Shown: piece by piece, positions 10,138 to 20,705 of the stretch
How the letters are laid out: each line of letters starts with the position of its first letter
Numbering within the stretch: the first letter of the stretch is position 1
From: Alphaproteobacteria bacterium
GTDB taxonomy: Bacteria > Pseudomonadota > Alphaproteobacteria > Bin95
NCBI GenBank assembly: GCA_965205265.1
Contig: CBDBGH010000003.1
Span: 2,016,001-2,080,000 of the forward strand
Direction: 5' to 3'
DNA: 64,000 nucleotides
Translations under genes and position numbers: made by a program
Notes under the pieces: generated by a model
The model's database searches: none
What the model was told of the DNA's origin: nothing
Seen by the model: only the letters and a program-made list of their open reading frames with translations

Positions 10138-11400
10138 ATGGCTGCGCCCAAATTCGACAATCCCATCGTCCGCTGGATCGACTACCGGCTGCCGGTCTTC
10201 ACCTTCCTGCATCACGAGATGCATGAATACCCGACGCCGAAGAACCTCAACTACTGGTGGAATTTCGGCTCGCTCGCCGGCTTCATGCTGATCGTGATGA
10301 TCGTCACCGGCATCATGCTGGCAATGCACTACACGCCGCATGTGGACCATGCGTTCGACAGCGTGGAGCGCATCCACCGGGACGTGCCCTTCGGGTGGCT
10401 GATCCAGTTCATCCACATGAACGGCGCGTCGTTCTTCTTCATCCTCGTTTATATCCACATCTTCCGCGGGCTCTATTACGGCTCCTACAAGTCGCCGCGG
10501 GAAATCCTGTGGATCCTCGGCGTCGTGATCCTGCTGCTGATGATGGCGACAGCCTTCATGGGCTATGTGCTGCCCTGGGGCCAGATGAGCTTCTGGGGTG
10601 CCACGGTCATCACCAACCTGTTCTCGGCGATCCCGCTGGTCGGGGACGCGATCGTGAGCTGGCTGTGGGGCGGCTTCGCCGTGGACAACCCGACCCTCAA
10701 CCGCTTCTACTCGCTGCACTACCTGCTGCCGTTCGTCATCGTCGGCGTCGTCGTGCTGCATGTGGTGGCGCTGCACACGCACGGCTCCAACAACCCGCTC
10801 GGCATCGAGGCCCGCGGCAAGCAGGACAGCATCCCCTTCCACCCCTATTACACGATCAAGGACATGTTCGGCCTGGGCGCGTTCCTGACGATCTTCTGCC
10901 TGTTCGTGTTCTTCGCGCCGGACTATCTGGGCCACCCGGACAACTATGTGCCGGCGAACCCGCTGGTGACGCCGGCGCATATCGTGCCGGAATGGTATTT
11001 CCTGCCCTTCTACGCGATCCTGCGCGCGATCCCCGACAAGCTGCTCGGCGTCGTCGCCATGTTCGCGGCCATCGCCGTGCTCTTCATCCTGCCCTGGCTC
11101 GACCGCTCGCCGGTGCGCAGCGCCCGCTTCCGCCCGATCTACAAGCAGGTCTTCTGGCTGCTGGTGATCGACTGCCTTGTGCTCGGCTATATCGGGTCGC
11201 AGCCGGCCGAGGGCTGGTACATCCATATCGGGCGCCTCGCGACGATCTACTATTTCGCCCACTTCTTCGTGATCCTGCCGCTGCTCTCCGTGTTCGAACG
11301 GCCGCGGCCCCTGCCGCTCAGCATCGGCGAGCCGGTGCTCGGCGGAGGCGCACCGCCGCCCCAGGGGGCAGGCGGAACCGGCGCGATGGAGAGAGCGTGA
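10138..11400 (+). CDS. petB: Cytochrome b
   Basis: [29 protein letters not shown]. Confidence 0.97.
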   Translation: MAAPKFDNPIVRWIDYRLPVFTFLHHEMHEYPTPKNLNYWWNFGSLAGFMLIVMIVTGIMLAMHYTPHVDHAFDSVERIHRDVPFGWLIQFIHMNGASFFFILVYIHIFRGLYYGSYKSPREILWILGVVILLLMMATAFMGYVLPWGQMSFWGATVITNLFSAIPLVGDAIVSWLWGGFAVDNPTLNRFYSLHYLLPFVIVGVVVLHVVALHTHGSNNPLGIEARGKQDSIPFHPYYTIKDMFGLGAFLTIFCLFVFFAPDYLGHPDNYVPANPLVTPAHIVPEWYFLPFYAILRAIPDKLLGVVAMFAAIAVLFILPWLDRSPVRSARFRPIYKQVFWLLVIDCLVLGYIGSQPAEGWYIHIGRLATIYYFAHFFVILPLLSVFERPRPLPLSIGEPVLGGGAPPPQGAGGTGAMERA

Positions 11401-12170
11401 TGCGCAACCGTCTTCTCGGCGCCGCGCTGGCCGCCGCTCTCGGTCTCGCCGTCCTGCCCGGCGCCGCTTCGGCCGCCGGGGCAGGTCCGACGCCGCCGGA
11501 GCGGGAGTGGAGCTTCCACGGCATTTTCGGCACCTTCGACCGGGCGGCCCTCCAGCGCGGCTACCAGGTCTATCGCGAGGTCTGCTCCGCCTGCCACGGC
11601 ATGCGGTTGATGTTCTACCGCAACCTCACGCAGATCGGCATGTCCGAAGCCGCGGCCAGGGCCGAGGCGGCGAACGCCTTCGTCGTGGACGGGCCGGACG
11701 ACGAAGGCGAGATGTTCGAGCGCCCCGGCAAGCTTTCGGACCGCTTCGTCTCGCCCTTCCCGAACGACAATGCCGCCAAGGCCGCAAACGGCGGCGCCCT
11801 GCCGCCGGACCTCAGCCTGATCGCCAAGAACCAGGCCGCCGGGCCGGACTATATCGCCGCCGTGCTGACCGGCTATGCCGACCCGCCGGAAGGCATGGAG
11901 ATGGGCGACAACCAGAACTACAACATGTACTTCTCCGGCCACCGGATCGCGATGGCGCCGCCGCTCTCCGACGAGCTGGTCGAATATGCGGACGGCACGC
12001 CCGCCACGGTCGAGCAGATGGCCGTCGATGTCTCGCATTTCCTCATGTTCGCCGCCGAGCCGCAGCTTGAGGACCGCCACCGGCTGGGCGTCAAGGTCAT
12101 CATCTTCCTGCTGGTGCTGACCGGCCTCCTCTATGCCCTGAAGCGCAAGGTCTGGAGCGGCGTGCATTGA
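11400..12170 (+). CDS. petC: Cytochrome c1
   Basis: ATG overlaps the petB stop; LQRGYQVYREVCSACH, PPDLS, C-terminal membrane anchor. Confidence 0.95.
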   Translation: MRNRLLGAALAAALGLAVLPGAASAAGAGPTPPEREWSFHGIFGTFDRAALQRGYQVYREVCSACHGMRLMFYRNLTQIGMSEAAARAEAANAFVVDGPDDEGEMFERPGKLSDRFVSPFPNDNAAKAANGGALPPDLSLIAKNQAAGPDYIAAVLTGYADPPEGMEMGDNQNYNMYFSGHRIAMAPPLSDELVEYADGTPATVEQMAVDVSHFLMFAAEPQLEDRHRLGVKVIIFLLVLTGLLYALKRKVWSGVH

Positions 12171-13051
12171 CCGCGCCGCCCGTGATCGGGATCGTCGGGG
12201 GCAGCGGCCTCTACGATATCGACGGGCTGGACGACAGACGCTGGATCGCGGTCGGGAGTCCCTGGGGCCGGCCGTCCGACGAGATTCTCCATGCCCGGCT
12301 GGGCGAGGCCGAACTGCGCTTCCTGCCGCGCCACGGCCGCGGGCACCGGCTCGGCCCGACCGATCTGAATAACCGCGCCAATATCGACGCGCTCAAGCGG
12401 TCCGGCGCCACGGAGATCGTGTCGCTCTCGGCGGTGGGCTCGCTCAGGGAGGAGCACGCGCCCGGCGACTTCGTGCTGGTGGACCAGTTCATCGACCGCA
12501 CCTTCGCGCGCGCCAAGAGCTTCTTCGGCGCGGGCTGCGCGGCGCATGTCTCCATGGCGGACCCGGTATGCCCCCGCCTGGGCGATGTCCTGTCGGAAGC
12601 CGCCGCGAGCGCCGGGGTTTCGATGCACCGCGGCGGGACATATCTCGCCATGGAAGGCCCGCAATTCTCGACGCGCGCGGAAAGCGCCCTCTACCGCAGC
12701 TGGGGCTGCGCCGTCATCGGCATGACCGCCATGCCGGAGGCCAAGCTCGCGCGCGAGGCCGAGCTCTGCTACGCGACCGTCGCCATGGTCACCGACTACG
12801 ATTGCTGGCATGAGGAGCATGAGGATGTCTCCGTCGAGGCGGTCATCCGTGTGCTGCTCGACAATGCGGAGCGCGGCCGGGGCCTCGTCCGCCATGCCGC
12901 GCCGGCGCTGGCGAAGCGCCGCGGGGCCTGTTCCGCCGGCTGCCACACGGCGCTGGAGCATGCGCTGATTACCGCGCCGGAACAGCGCGATCCGGCGCTG
13001 CTGGCCAAGCTGGACGCCGTTGCGGGGCGGGTGCTAAACGGCGCTGCATGA
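12167..13051 (+). CDS. mtnP: S-methyl-5'-thioadenosine phosphorylase
   Basis: [37 protein letters not shown]. Confidence 0.93.
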   Translation: MTAPPVIGIVGGSGLYDIDGLDDRRWIAVGSPWGRPSDEILHARLGEAELRFLPRHGRGHRLGPTDLNNRANIDALKRSGATEIVSLSAVGSLREEHAPGDFVLVDQFIDRTFARAKSFFGAGCAAHVSMADPVCPRLGDVLSEAAASAGVSMHRGGTYLAMEGPQFSTRAESALYRSWGCAVIGMTAMPEAKLAREAELCYATVAMVTDYDCWHEEHEDVSVEAVIRVLLDNAERGRGLVRHAAPALAKRRGACSAGCHTALEHALITAPEQRDPALLAKLDAVAGRVLNGAA

Positions 13052-14142
13052 AGGTTGACGGCGCCTCCTATCGCAGCATCCGGGCGGAAGCGGACGGCCG
13101 CGCCGTGCGCATCATCGACCAGACGCGCCTGCCCCACCGTTTCGAGACCGTGCGGCTGGAATCGCTTGAGGACGCCGCCCATGCGATCCGCGCGATGCTG
13201 GTGCGCGGCGCGCCGCTGATCGGCGCGACCGGCGCCTACGGGCTCGCGCTCGGGCTCTTCCGCGACCCTTCCGACGCCGGTCTTGAGGAGGCCCGGCTGA
13301 CGCTGCGCGCCACCCGCCCGACCGGGGCGAACCTTGCCTGGGCGCTGGACGACGTGGCGGCGAAGGTGCGCCCCCTGCCGCCGGCCGAGCGCGCCGAAGC
13401 AGCTTTCCGGCGCGCGGGCGAAATCTGCGACGAGGATGTGGCCATCAACTACGCCATCGGCGAGCACGGGCTGGACCTCCTCCGCACAGCGGCCGCCGGC
13501 AAGCGGGACCGGCTGAATGTTCTGACCCACTGCAATGCCGGCTGGCTCGCCACGGTCGATTGGGGCACGGCGCTCGCGCCCATCTACCGCGCCCATGACG
13601 ACGGCATCGAGGTGCATGTCTGGGTGGACGAGACCCGGCCGCGCAACCAGGGCGCGCATCTGACCGCCTGGGAGCTCGGCCGGCACGGCGTGCCGCACAC
13701 GGTCATCGTGGACAATGCCGCCGGGCACCTGATGCAGCGCGGGCGGGTCGATCTCTGCATCGTCGGCACGGACCGCACGACGGCGACCGGCGATGTCTGC
13801 AACAAGATCGGCACCTACACCAAGGCGCTGGCCGCCCATGACAACGGCGTGCCGTTCCATGTCGCGCTGCCGGGCCCGACCATCGACTGGACGGTCTCGG
13901 ACGGCCTCGCCTCGATCCCGATAGAGGAGCGCGACGCCGCCGAGGTGAGCCAAGTCTGGGGCCGGACGGAGGAAGGCGGCCTTGCGGCCGTCGCCGTGAC
14001 GGCTCCGGGCTCGCCCGCCGCCAATTACGCCTTCGACGTGACGCCGGCGCGGCTCGTGACCGGTTTCATCACCGAACGCGGCCTCGCCGCCCCCGACGGC
14101 CTGGCGCAACTCTTCCCGGAACACCGCGCCGCCGCCGAATAG
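13048..14142 (+). CDS. mtnA: Methylthioribose-1-phosphate isomerase
   Basis: [34 protein letters not shown]. Confidence 0.93.
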   Translation: MKVDGASYRSIRAEADGRAVRIIDQTRLPHRFETVRLESLEDAAHAIRAMLVRGAPLIGATGAYGLALGLFRDPSDAGLEEARLTLRATRPTGANLAWALDDVAAKVRPLPPAERAEAAFRRAGEICDEDVAINYAIGEHGLDLLRTAAAGKRDRLNVLTHCNAGWLATVDWGTALAPIYRAHDDGIEVHVWVDETRPRNQGAHLTAWELGRHGVPHTVIVDNAAGHLMQRGRVDLCIVGTDRTTATGDVCNKIGTYTKALAAHDNGVPFHVALPGPTIDWTVSDGLASIPIEERDAAEVSQVWGRTEEGGLAAVAVTAPGSPAANYAFDVTPARLVTGFITERGLAAPDGLAQLFPEHRAAAE

Positions 14143-14157
14143 AAACGGACCCACCCC

Positions 14158-15237
14158 ATGCCCACGATCCGCCATGAGAACCTGCGCGCCGTCGTGCGCG
14201 CCGTCTGCGCCGCCGCCGGAAGCAGCGGGGACGAACCGGCCGATGTCGCCGACAACCTCGTCTATGCCAACCTCACCGGCCATGACAGCCACGGCGTCGG
14301 CATGCTGCCGCGCTATATCAGGGCGGTGCAGGAGGGCGAGCTCCGGCCGAACGCGAAGATCGACCTGCTGGCGGATACGGGCGCCATGCTGGTGGTGGAC
14401 GGCAAGGCGGGCTACGGCCAGTCGGTCGGCAGGCAGGCGATGGAACTCGCCATCGAGCGCGCGAAGCAGCATGGCGTGTGCGTCATGGCCGTGCGCCGGT
14501 CGTTCCATCTCTGCCGCATCGGCGCCTGGGGCGAGCAGTGCGCGCGGGCCGGGCTCATTTCCATCCACTATGTCAATGTCGTGGGCCATCCGGGCCTCGT
14601 GGCGCCCTGGCGCGGCTCGGATGCGCGCTTCGCCACCAATCCCTATTGCATCACCATGCCGGCAACGGGGGCGAACCCGGCAACCCAGCTCGACATGGCG
14701 ACCAGCATCGTGGCCCACGGCAAGGTCCGCGTCGCGAAGAACAAGGACGAGCAAATGGCGCCCGGCACGCTGATCGACAACAGGGGGCAGCCGACCACGG
14801 ACCCGAATGTGATGTTCGAGCGGCCGATGGGCGCGATCCTGCCGGTCGGCGGGCACAAGGGCTACGGCATGGCGCTGATGAGCGAGCTGATGGCGGGCGT
14901 GCTCTCCGGCGGCCAGACCTGCCGGCCGGAGACCGACCACGAGCAGGACACGATCCTGAACAACATGCTCTCCATCGTCTTCGACCCCACGCGGCTTGTG
15001 GACCCCGGCTTCTACAATGCCGAAATGGACGCCACCATCGCGCATGTAAAAGCCTCACCCCCCGCCGACCCCGCCCTGCCCGTCCTCGTCCCCGGAGACC
15101 CCGAACGCGCCACCCACGAAGAACGCAGCCAGGGCGGCATCCCCGTGGACGACGAAACCTGGCGGGAGCTGGAAGCGGCGGCGGTGTCGGTGGGGATCGA
15201 AGCGGCCGAATTCAGGCGGATGGCGGGGGTGAACTGA
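14158..15237 (+). CDS. Ldh_2-family malate/lactate/ureidoglycolate (hydroxycarboxylate) dehydrogenase
   Basis: GHDSHG, DMATS, GGHKGYG, PGDPE. Confidence 0.88.
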   Translation: MPTIRHENLRAVVRAVCAAAGSSGDEPADVADNLVYANLTGHDSHGVGMLPRYIRAVQEGELRPNAKIDLLADTGAMLVVDGKAGYGQSVGRQAMELAIERAKQHGVCVMAVRRSFHLCRIGAWGEQCARAGLISIHYVNVVGHPGLVAPWRGSDARFATNPYCITMPATGANPATQLDMATSIVAHGKVRVAKNKDEQMAPGTLIDNRGQPTTDPNVMFERPMGAILPVGGHKGYGMALMSELMAGVLSGGQTCRPETDHEQDTILNNMLSIVFDPTRLVDPGFYNAEMDATIAHVKASPPADPALPVLVPGDPERATHEERSQGGIPVDDETWRELEAAAVSVGIEAAEFRRMAGVN

Positions 15238-15403
15238 AGGGGCGTTATACCAACGGCCTCAATTCGGACTCATGGCGACGGTCATGGCTTTATTATCGTC
15301 GCCCCGGTTCTCGCAGCACCCCCCTTCGTCATACCCGGACTTGTTCCGGGCATCCATGCGGCCGTCCGACGGAAGCGGTGGCGGGAGATACCCGGAACAA
15401 GTC

Positions 15404-15748
15404 CACTGCTGTCCGGTTTAGGTTTTGCGGACAGGACGCATGGCCTGGATTCAAGCGGGTTTCCAAGGGTCCGGTCGAACCGGGACTCCGATCGACGCCC
15501 GGCGCGCCGCCCCTCTTCATCGTCATGCCCTCATATCGTCATGCCCGGACTTGTTCCGGGCATCCATGCGACCGCCGCGATGGCCCCGACGGAGATGCCC
15601 GGAACAAGTCCGGGCATGACGGAGGAGGGCGTTCGGGCACAGCGCAGGGAGGCTGTTCGGACACGATGGAGGGAAGCGGACCGGAGACACCGCGCGCGCC
15701 CAAAAACTCCGGACCGGACCGGCCCAATGATGGAACCGGACACCAGTG
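15404..15748 (+). mobile_element. Non-autonomous MITE, copy 1 (345 bp, REP-targeted)
   Basis: TIRs CACTGCTGTCCGGTT / AACCGGACACCAGTG (14 of 15 match); 9-bp direct repeat GAACAAGTC at 15395-15403 and 15749-15757; near-identical inverted copy at 28384-28731. Confidence 0.9.
15537..15621. repeat. REP doublet internal to MITE copy 1
   Basis: CGTCATGCCCGGACTTGTTCCGGGCATC-spacer-GATGCCCGGAACAAGTCCGGGCATGACG; perfect inverted arms. Confidence 0.9.
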
Positions 15749-15901
15749 GAACAAGTCCGGGTATGACGGGCAGAGGGCGTGATGGGAAAGGGTCGGGCCG
15801 CCGGTTACGGACCGAAACGAGATGTGTGCATGCGGTGGGATCGCGTCCGGGGTGACGGCCGGAGCGGCTCCACCATCGGTTCCAATCGACGACCGTTGAT
15901 A

Positions 15902-16303
15902 TCAGCTGTCCGCGGCAAACGGATTCACGATAACGAGGCCGTCGATCCGCCGTCCGGCCTGCAGGTCTTCCGTAAGAAGCGTTTCGCAACCGGCCCGGAG
16001 AGCCGAAGCGATAATCAATGAGTCGTAAAAACTGAAGCCATGCGCCTCGGCCAGCGCGACGGCGGCTTCATGCGTCTCGATATCGAGAGGCCGAATCGAG
16101 TCGAACAACTCACGCACATCCGCGACCGCCGCCGCAACGATGTTCCACTCCAGCCGGAATTTCCGCCGCAAGACATTGGCGAACTCGTTCAGCACCTGCA
16201 CACTGATGGTGCCGCCATCCATGAGCGCTCCGCGCGCGGCCTCGCCCTTTACGCCCGGCCCTTGGGCATAGACCAGGACATTCGTGTCGAAGAATGCCGT
16301 CAT
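15902..16303 (-). CDS. vapC: PIN-domain toxin
   Basis: FFDTNVLVY, QVLNEF, FYDSLIIASA, LLTEDL. Confidence 0.9.
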   Translation of the reverse strand: MTAFFDTNVLVYAQGPGVKGEAARGALMDGGTISVQVLNEFANVLRRKFRLEWNIVAAAVADVRELFDSIRPLDIETHEAAVALAEAHGFSFYDSLIIASALRAGCETLLTEDLQAGRRIDGLVIVNPFAADS

Positions 16304-16530
16304 CGGGCGTTGGCTTCGTTCCGGTCGAAGATGTAGTCGTCAGGGATGGGCAGGGCGCGCGCGCGCATCCGTTCTATGGCGCGCAGCCTGCGTTCGTCTC
16401 TGGCAATGGCGAGGCGGCCGGGATTGGCCGACACGATCTCCAGACGATCTCCCGCCTTCAGGTCGAGAGCGTTCACCAGAGCTTTGGGCAGACGCACCGC
16501 CAAGCTGTTGCCCCATTTCGAGACCCGCAT
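16300..16530 (-). CDS. AbrB/MazE/SpoVT-family antitoxin
   Basis: MRVSKWGNSLAVRLPK; FDRNEANAR C-terminus; overlaps the toxin start. Confidence 0.9.
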   Translation of the reverse strand: MRVSKWGNSLAVRLPKALVNALDLKAGDRLEIVSANPGRLAIARDERRLRAIERMRARALPIPDDYIFDRNEANAR

Positions 16531-16559
16531 GGATATACTCCATGATAGACCACTACTTA

Positions 16560-16569
16560 AAGATATCTT
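16560..16569. promoter_or_regulatory. Candidate TA operator palindrome
   Basis: AAGATATCTT, a perfect 10-bp palindrome in an AT-rich patch ~30 bp upstream of the antitoxin. Confidence 0.4.
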
Positions 16570-16709
16570 AGGCGCTTTCCAACCGGCTTCAAGTCGAAAT
16601 CGTCTCGGAGCCTGCATGGACCGCACGCATTCTTTCCGGCCCCGCCGGGTCGAACACTCCCCGCATCGCATCTGGAGATTGCGTCCGGCCCATGTCAGGC
16701 TGGGCGGCC

Positions 16710-17524
16710 ATGACCTTCGTTTCCAACGCCCGCATGTATGCCGTCAGCCCGGAGGCCGAGGCGGAGTGGCAGGCGCTGATCGCCCATGTGGCGGCGGACG
16801 CCGGGGCGTCTTTCGAGTATCTGGCCTATGCCGCGCCGCAGCCGCTGGAGGAGTTGTGGCGCCGTCCCGATCTCGGCTGCGTGCAGATGTGCGGTTATCC
16901 GATTGCGCTCGGGATTGCCGAGGTCCTGCCGCTGGCCTCGCCCGTGCCCGCCGCGCCCTGGGCCGGGGGCAAGGCGGTTTACCGGACACCGACCTGATCG
17001 TGCGGAAGGACGCGCCCTACGCCGCGCTCGAAGACACGTTCGGCGGCGCGGTCGGCTGGACCGTCGAGCACTCGCATTCGGGCTTTAATGCGCTGCGCCA
17101 TCATCTTCTGCCCCGGCGGGGCGAGGGCCGGGCAGAGCTTTACCGGAAATCCATCGGCCATCTCGTCACGGCCCGGCGCATCCTCGACAGCGTGCTGGAC
17201 GCCAGCATCGACATCGGGCCGCTGGACGCCTACTGGCACATGCTCATGCGGAAATACGAGCCCGCGCTGACGGAGGGCGTCCGCATTCTGGACTCGACCG
17301 CGACCGCGCCGATGCCGGCCTTCGTCGCCGCGCCGGCCTTGCCTGCGGAAACGGCCGCCCGCCTGCGCGAGTCCTTTGCGGCGGCGCATACGCGGCCCTG
17401 GTTCGGGCGGTTCCGGGAGGCTCTGCTCGTCGAGGGGTTCGAGACCGTCACGCGGGAAACCTTCGCCCCGACGCTGGAATGGGACCGGGCCGCCCGCGCG
17501 GCGGGTTATACTGTGCCGGCGTGA
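16710..17524 (+). pseudogene. PhnD-like substrate-binding-fold protein, frameshifted near 16985
   Basis: The N-part (MTFVSNARMY...MCGYP...KAVYR) and C-part (TDLIVRKD...HSHSGFNALR...GPLDAY) are in different frames; TACCGGACACCGACCTG has 2 extra bases. Confidence 0.75.
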
Positions 17525-19197
17525 TGGCGGAAACCGGTATGAGCTACGATTTCGATCTCGGACCCTGGTCGCGCAGGGTCTCGACGACATCGGAGGCCGC
17601 GCAGCGCTGGTTCGACCGCGGGCTGAACTGGAACTTCGCCTTCAACCATGACGAGGCGGCCGCCTGCTACAGGCGGGCGGCGGAGGCGGACCCGGCCTGC
17701 GCCATGGCCCGCTGGGGCATCGCCCATGCGATGGGCCCCTTCTACAACCGGGCGTGGATCCGCTACTCGGACGCCGAGATCGCCGAGGTGCTGCCGGCCT
17801 GCCACGAAGCGGCGGCGGCCGCGCTGTCTCTCGCGGGCGATGCGGCGCCGGCCGAACGGGCCCTCATCCATGCGCTCGCGAAGCGCTACCGGAACGGCCA
17901 TGAGCGGGACCGCGCGGTCCTGGACGCCTGGCACCGGGACTATGCCGACGCGATGCTGGAAGCCTGCCGGGCGCATCCCGACGACCCGGACATCGCCGCG
18001 CTCTATGCCGAGGCGGCAATCACCTGCACGCCCCGCCGGCTCTGGAACCCGAAGACCGGGGAGCCCGACCCGGATGCGCGCACGATGGAGGCGATGCCGG
18101 TGCTGGAGCGCTGGATGGACCGGATCGGGCGCGGCGGCCCCGCTCATCCGGGCATTCCCCACATGTATATCCACACCCTGGAAATGTCGCCCTTCCCCGA
18201 GCGCGCGCTCAAGGCCGCCGACATGCTGCGCGGTTACGCCCCCGATGCGGGCCATATGGAGCACATGCCGGCGCATATCTATGTGCTCTGCGGCGACTTT
18301 GCGCAGTCGGTCTCGCAGAGCGAACGCGCCGTGCGGGCGGACGACAAATATCTCGCCCATGCCGGGGACGGGAACTTCTACACGACCGTCCGCTGCCACG
18401 ACCTCCACCTGTTCATGTATGCGGCCATGTTCCTCGGCCAGTTCGCCAAGGCCTCCCATGCCGCCGGGCGCATCCGCAGGGTGGCAAGATCTGAGCTGAT
18501 CGCCTGGAGCGCGCCCTTCATGGCGTCCATCCTCGACGGCTATTCCGCCATGTGCACGCATGTCCGGGTCCGCTTCGGCCGCTGGCGCGAACTCGCCGAA
18601 TCGCGCGGCCCCGACGACGCCTCGTTGCGCCCGATCGGCGCCGCCATGCACGCCTACGGGCAGGGGGTGGCGCATGCCGCGCTCGGCAATATCGGCGCGG
18701 CGGAAGCGGCGAGAGGGGCGTTCGACGAGGCTGCGGCGGCGATTCCGGAGGACGCGATCTTCCTCAGCAATACGGTCCGCGACATGCTCCGGGTCGGCGA
18801 AGCCATGCTGGCGGGCGAGCTGGAATACCGGAAGGGCAATCACGACCGCGCCTTCGAGAGCCTCCGCCTGGCGGTCGCGCGCGACGACTCGCTCAACTAC
18901 ACCGAGCCCTGGGCCTGGATGCACCCGCCGCGCCACGCTCTGGGTGCGTTGCTCGCGGAGCAGGGCCTGTTCGGGGAGGCCGAGGCCGTGTTCCGCGAAG
19001 ACCTCGGCTACAGCGGCGGCCTGCCGCGCTGCTGCCAGCATCCCGACAATGTCTGGGCGCTGCAGGGGCTGGTCGAATGCGTGGAGCAGGCGGGAGACGC
19101 CAACGAACTCCGGCTGCTCCGCCAGAGGCTGGATTTCGCGAAGGCGCGCGCCGACATCCCGATAGACAGCGCCTGCTTCTGCCGCGCCGCCGCGTAG
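17524..19197 (+). CDS. TPR-like repeat protein of unknown function
   Basis: AQRWFDRGL...FNHDEA, HPGIPHMYIH, HMPAHIY, YTEPWAWMHPPRHALG, HPDNVWAL. Confidence 0.8.
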   Translation: MAETGMSYDFDLGPWSRRVSTTSEAAQRWFDRGLNWNFAFNHDEAAACYRRAAEADPACAMARWGIAHAMGPFYNRAWIRYSDAEIAEVLPACHEAAAAALSLAGDAAPAERALIHALAKRYRNGHERDRAVLDAWHRDYADAMLEACRAHPDDPDIAALYAEAAITCTPRRLWNPKTGEPDPDARTMEAMPVLERWMDRIGRGGPAHPGIPHMYIHTLEMSPFPERALKAADMLRGYAPDAGHMEHMPAHIYVLCGDFAQSVSQSERAVRADDKYLAHAGDGNFYTTVRCHDLHLFMYAAMFLGQFAKASHAAGRIRRVARSELIAWSAPFMASILDGYSAMCTHVRVRFGRWRELAESRGPDDASLRPIGAAMHAYGQGVAHAALGNIGAAEAARGAFDEAAAAIPEDAIFLSNTVRDMLRVGEAMLAGELEYRKGNHDRAFESLRLAVARDDSLNYTEPWAWMHPPRHALGALLAEQGLFGEAEAVFREDLGYSGGLPRCCQHPDNVWALQGLVECVEQAGDANELRLLRQRLDFAKARADIPIDSACFCRAAA

Positions 19198-19209
19198 CGC
19201 GGATCGGGC

Positions 19210-19914
19210 CTACAGGCCGAAGAGCTCCCGTACCTCCGCCGCCATCGCTTCCGTCATCGCCGCGAGCGCCTTGCGGCCCTTCTCGGCCGTCGCGCGCGTC
19301 GGGCGGCCGACCGTGCCGGAGCGGCTGTAGGCGGCGAGGCCCCTGACAACCAGCAGCGGGCGTTCGGCGAGCTCATCGGCGGCCTCCTCCATGCGGACCA
19401 GTTGCGGCCGGCAATGGAGCAGGACCGAGGTTTCGTATTCGCCCGCATGCATGTCGTCATGCACGCTGGTCTCGATGCCGGCGGCGGCGAAGGCCGCTTC
19501 CTGGATATGCCGGCCGGGACCGAGCCAGACGCAAGGGCCGTCGAGATTGGCTTCCCGCGCGAGATGCGACAGCACCAGGTTGCCGCCATGCGCATTGACG
19601 ATGGCGAGCCGGTCGATGCCGGCATGCGCAAGGCTCGCGCGCATGTCGCCGACGACCGCCGCAAGCGTATCCGCCGCCAGCCAGACCGTGCCGGGAAAGC
19701 CTGCATGCTCCTGCGAGCAGGAGACCGGCAGCACCGGCAGCAAAAGCGCGTCCGTCTTCTCCGCCAGCCCGGCGGCGAGCGCGCCTGCGATCAGGCTGTC
19801 GGTGGCGAGCGGCAGGTGGCTCCCATGCTGCTCGAACGCGCCGACGGGCAGCACGGCAAGCGCCGGCCGGCCGACATCGGCAGCGGTGCGGGCGAGGAAG
19901 GCTTCCGGTAGCAT
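19210..19914 (-). CDS. Creatininase-family protein
   Basis: PVGAFEQHGSHLPLATD, SQEHAGFPGT, NAHGGN, HAGEYETS. Confidence 0.9.
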   Translation of the reverse strand: MLPEAFLARTAADVGRPALAVLPVGAFEQHGSHLPLATDSLIAGALAAGLAEKTDALLLPVLPVSCSQEHAGFPGTVWLAADTLAAVVGDMRASLAHAGIDRLAIVNAHGGNLVLSHLAREANLDGPCVWLGPGRHIQEAAFAAAGIETSVHDDMHAGEYETSVLLHCRPQLVRMEEAADELAERPLLVVRGLAAYSRSGTVGRPTRATAEKGRKALAAMTEAMAAEVRELFGL

Positions 19915-19943
19915 GGCCGCCATCCTATCAGGAGGCGGCAGGC

Positions 19944-20699
19944 GTGAAACCCGACTATGAGCGCATTGCCGGGGATTACCGGGAGGCCCGCCCCCACTAT
20001 CCGGAGCGGCTGGTTGCGCCGATCGCCGGCTGGTTGCCGGAGGGGCCGCTGGAAGCGCTCGACGCGGGCGCAGGCACCGGCATCGGCACACGCGCACTCG
20101 CCGGCGTTCTGGGGCCGCGGGCGTCCATCCTGGCGGTGGAGCCGAGCCCGGCCATGCGGCGGGAGGCGGAGGCCGCGCCGGGCATACGCTGGCTCGACGG
20201 CAGGGCGGAGGCGCTGCCCGCGGGCGACGCCAGCATAGATCTCGTCTTCTCGGCCCAGGCGCTCCACTGGTTCGACCGCCCGGCCTTCTGGCGGGAATGC
20301 CGGCGGGTGCTGAAACCGGGCGGGACGGTCGCCATCCTCTACAACAACCGGGACTACAGGCGGGACGCCTTCGCCAGCGGCTATGAAGACCTGCTGGAGC
20401 GCTACAGCCCGGGCTACCGCCGCGACTACCGCGAGTTCGATATCCGGGGCGAGCTCGCCGCGCTCGACTGGACGGTTCGCACGCATGAGGAAGGCGAGGT
20501 CTGGACAAGGCCGATGCGCCCGGACGCCTTCATGGCGATGTCCCGTTCGTCCTCGCGGGCGCAGGCCGCGCGGGACGCCGCCGGGGCGGATGTCTTCGAC
20601 CGCGAAGTGGAGGCGCTGATGGAACGGCACGCAAAGGCCGACGGATCGGTCGAAGTGCTCTACCGCTGCGTGCTGACCCTCGCCGCGAAGGCGGGCTGA
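19944..20699 (+). CDS. Class I SAM-dependent methyltransferase
   Basis: LDAGAGTG, AVEPS, AQALHWFD, RVLKPGG; GGAGG RBS upstream. Confidence 0.9.
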   Translation: MKPDYERIAGDYREARPHYPERLVAPIAGWLPEGPLEALDAGAGTGIGTRALAGVLGPRASILAVEPSPAMRREAEAAPGIRWLDGRAEALPAGDASIDLVFSAQALHWFDRPAFWRECRRVLKPGGTVAILYNNRDYRRDAFASGYEDLLERYSPGYRRDYREFDIRGELAALDWTVRTHEEGEVWTRPMRPDAFMAMSRSSSRAQAARDAAGADVFDREVEALMERHAKADGSVEVLYRCVLTLAAKAG

Positions 20700-20705
20700 T
20701 GCGGG

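Larger units (their letters stand above)
15327..15768. repeat. CGTC-type REP doublet (REPIN-like) interrupted in its right arm by a MITE
   Basis: CGTCATACCCGGACTTGTTCCGGGCATC ... GATACCCGGAACAAGTC[insert]GAACAAGTCCGGGTATGACG. Confidence 0.85.

Noticed and set aside
10257-12170. 637-aa ORF as a cytochrome b/c1 fusion
   Set aside because: The upstream part is a shadow frame over petB; petC starts at the stop/start overlap at 11400.
15327-15768. REP cluster as a CRISPR array
   Set aside because: The repeats are inverted pairs with irregular spacing, no cas genes are in the window, and the structure is explained by REP doublets plus a MITE.
15329-15989. Short ORFs across the MITE/REP regions (MPGLVPGI..., also 28260-29027)
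   Set aside because: They are translations of palindromic repeats with no sign of being real genes.
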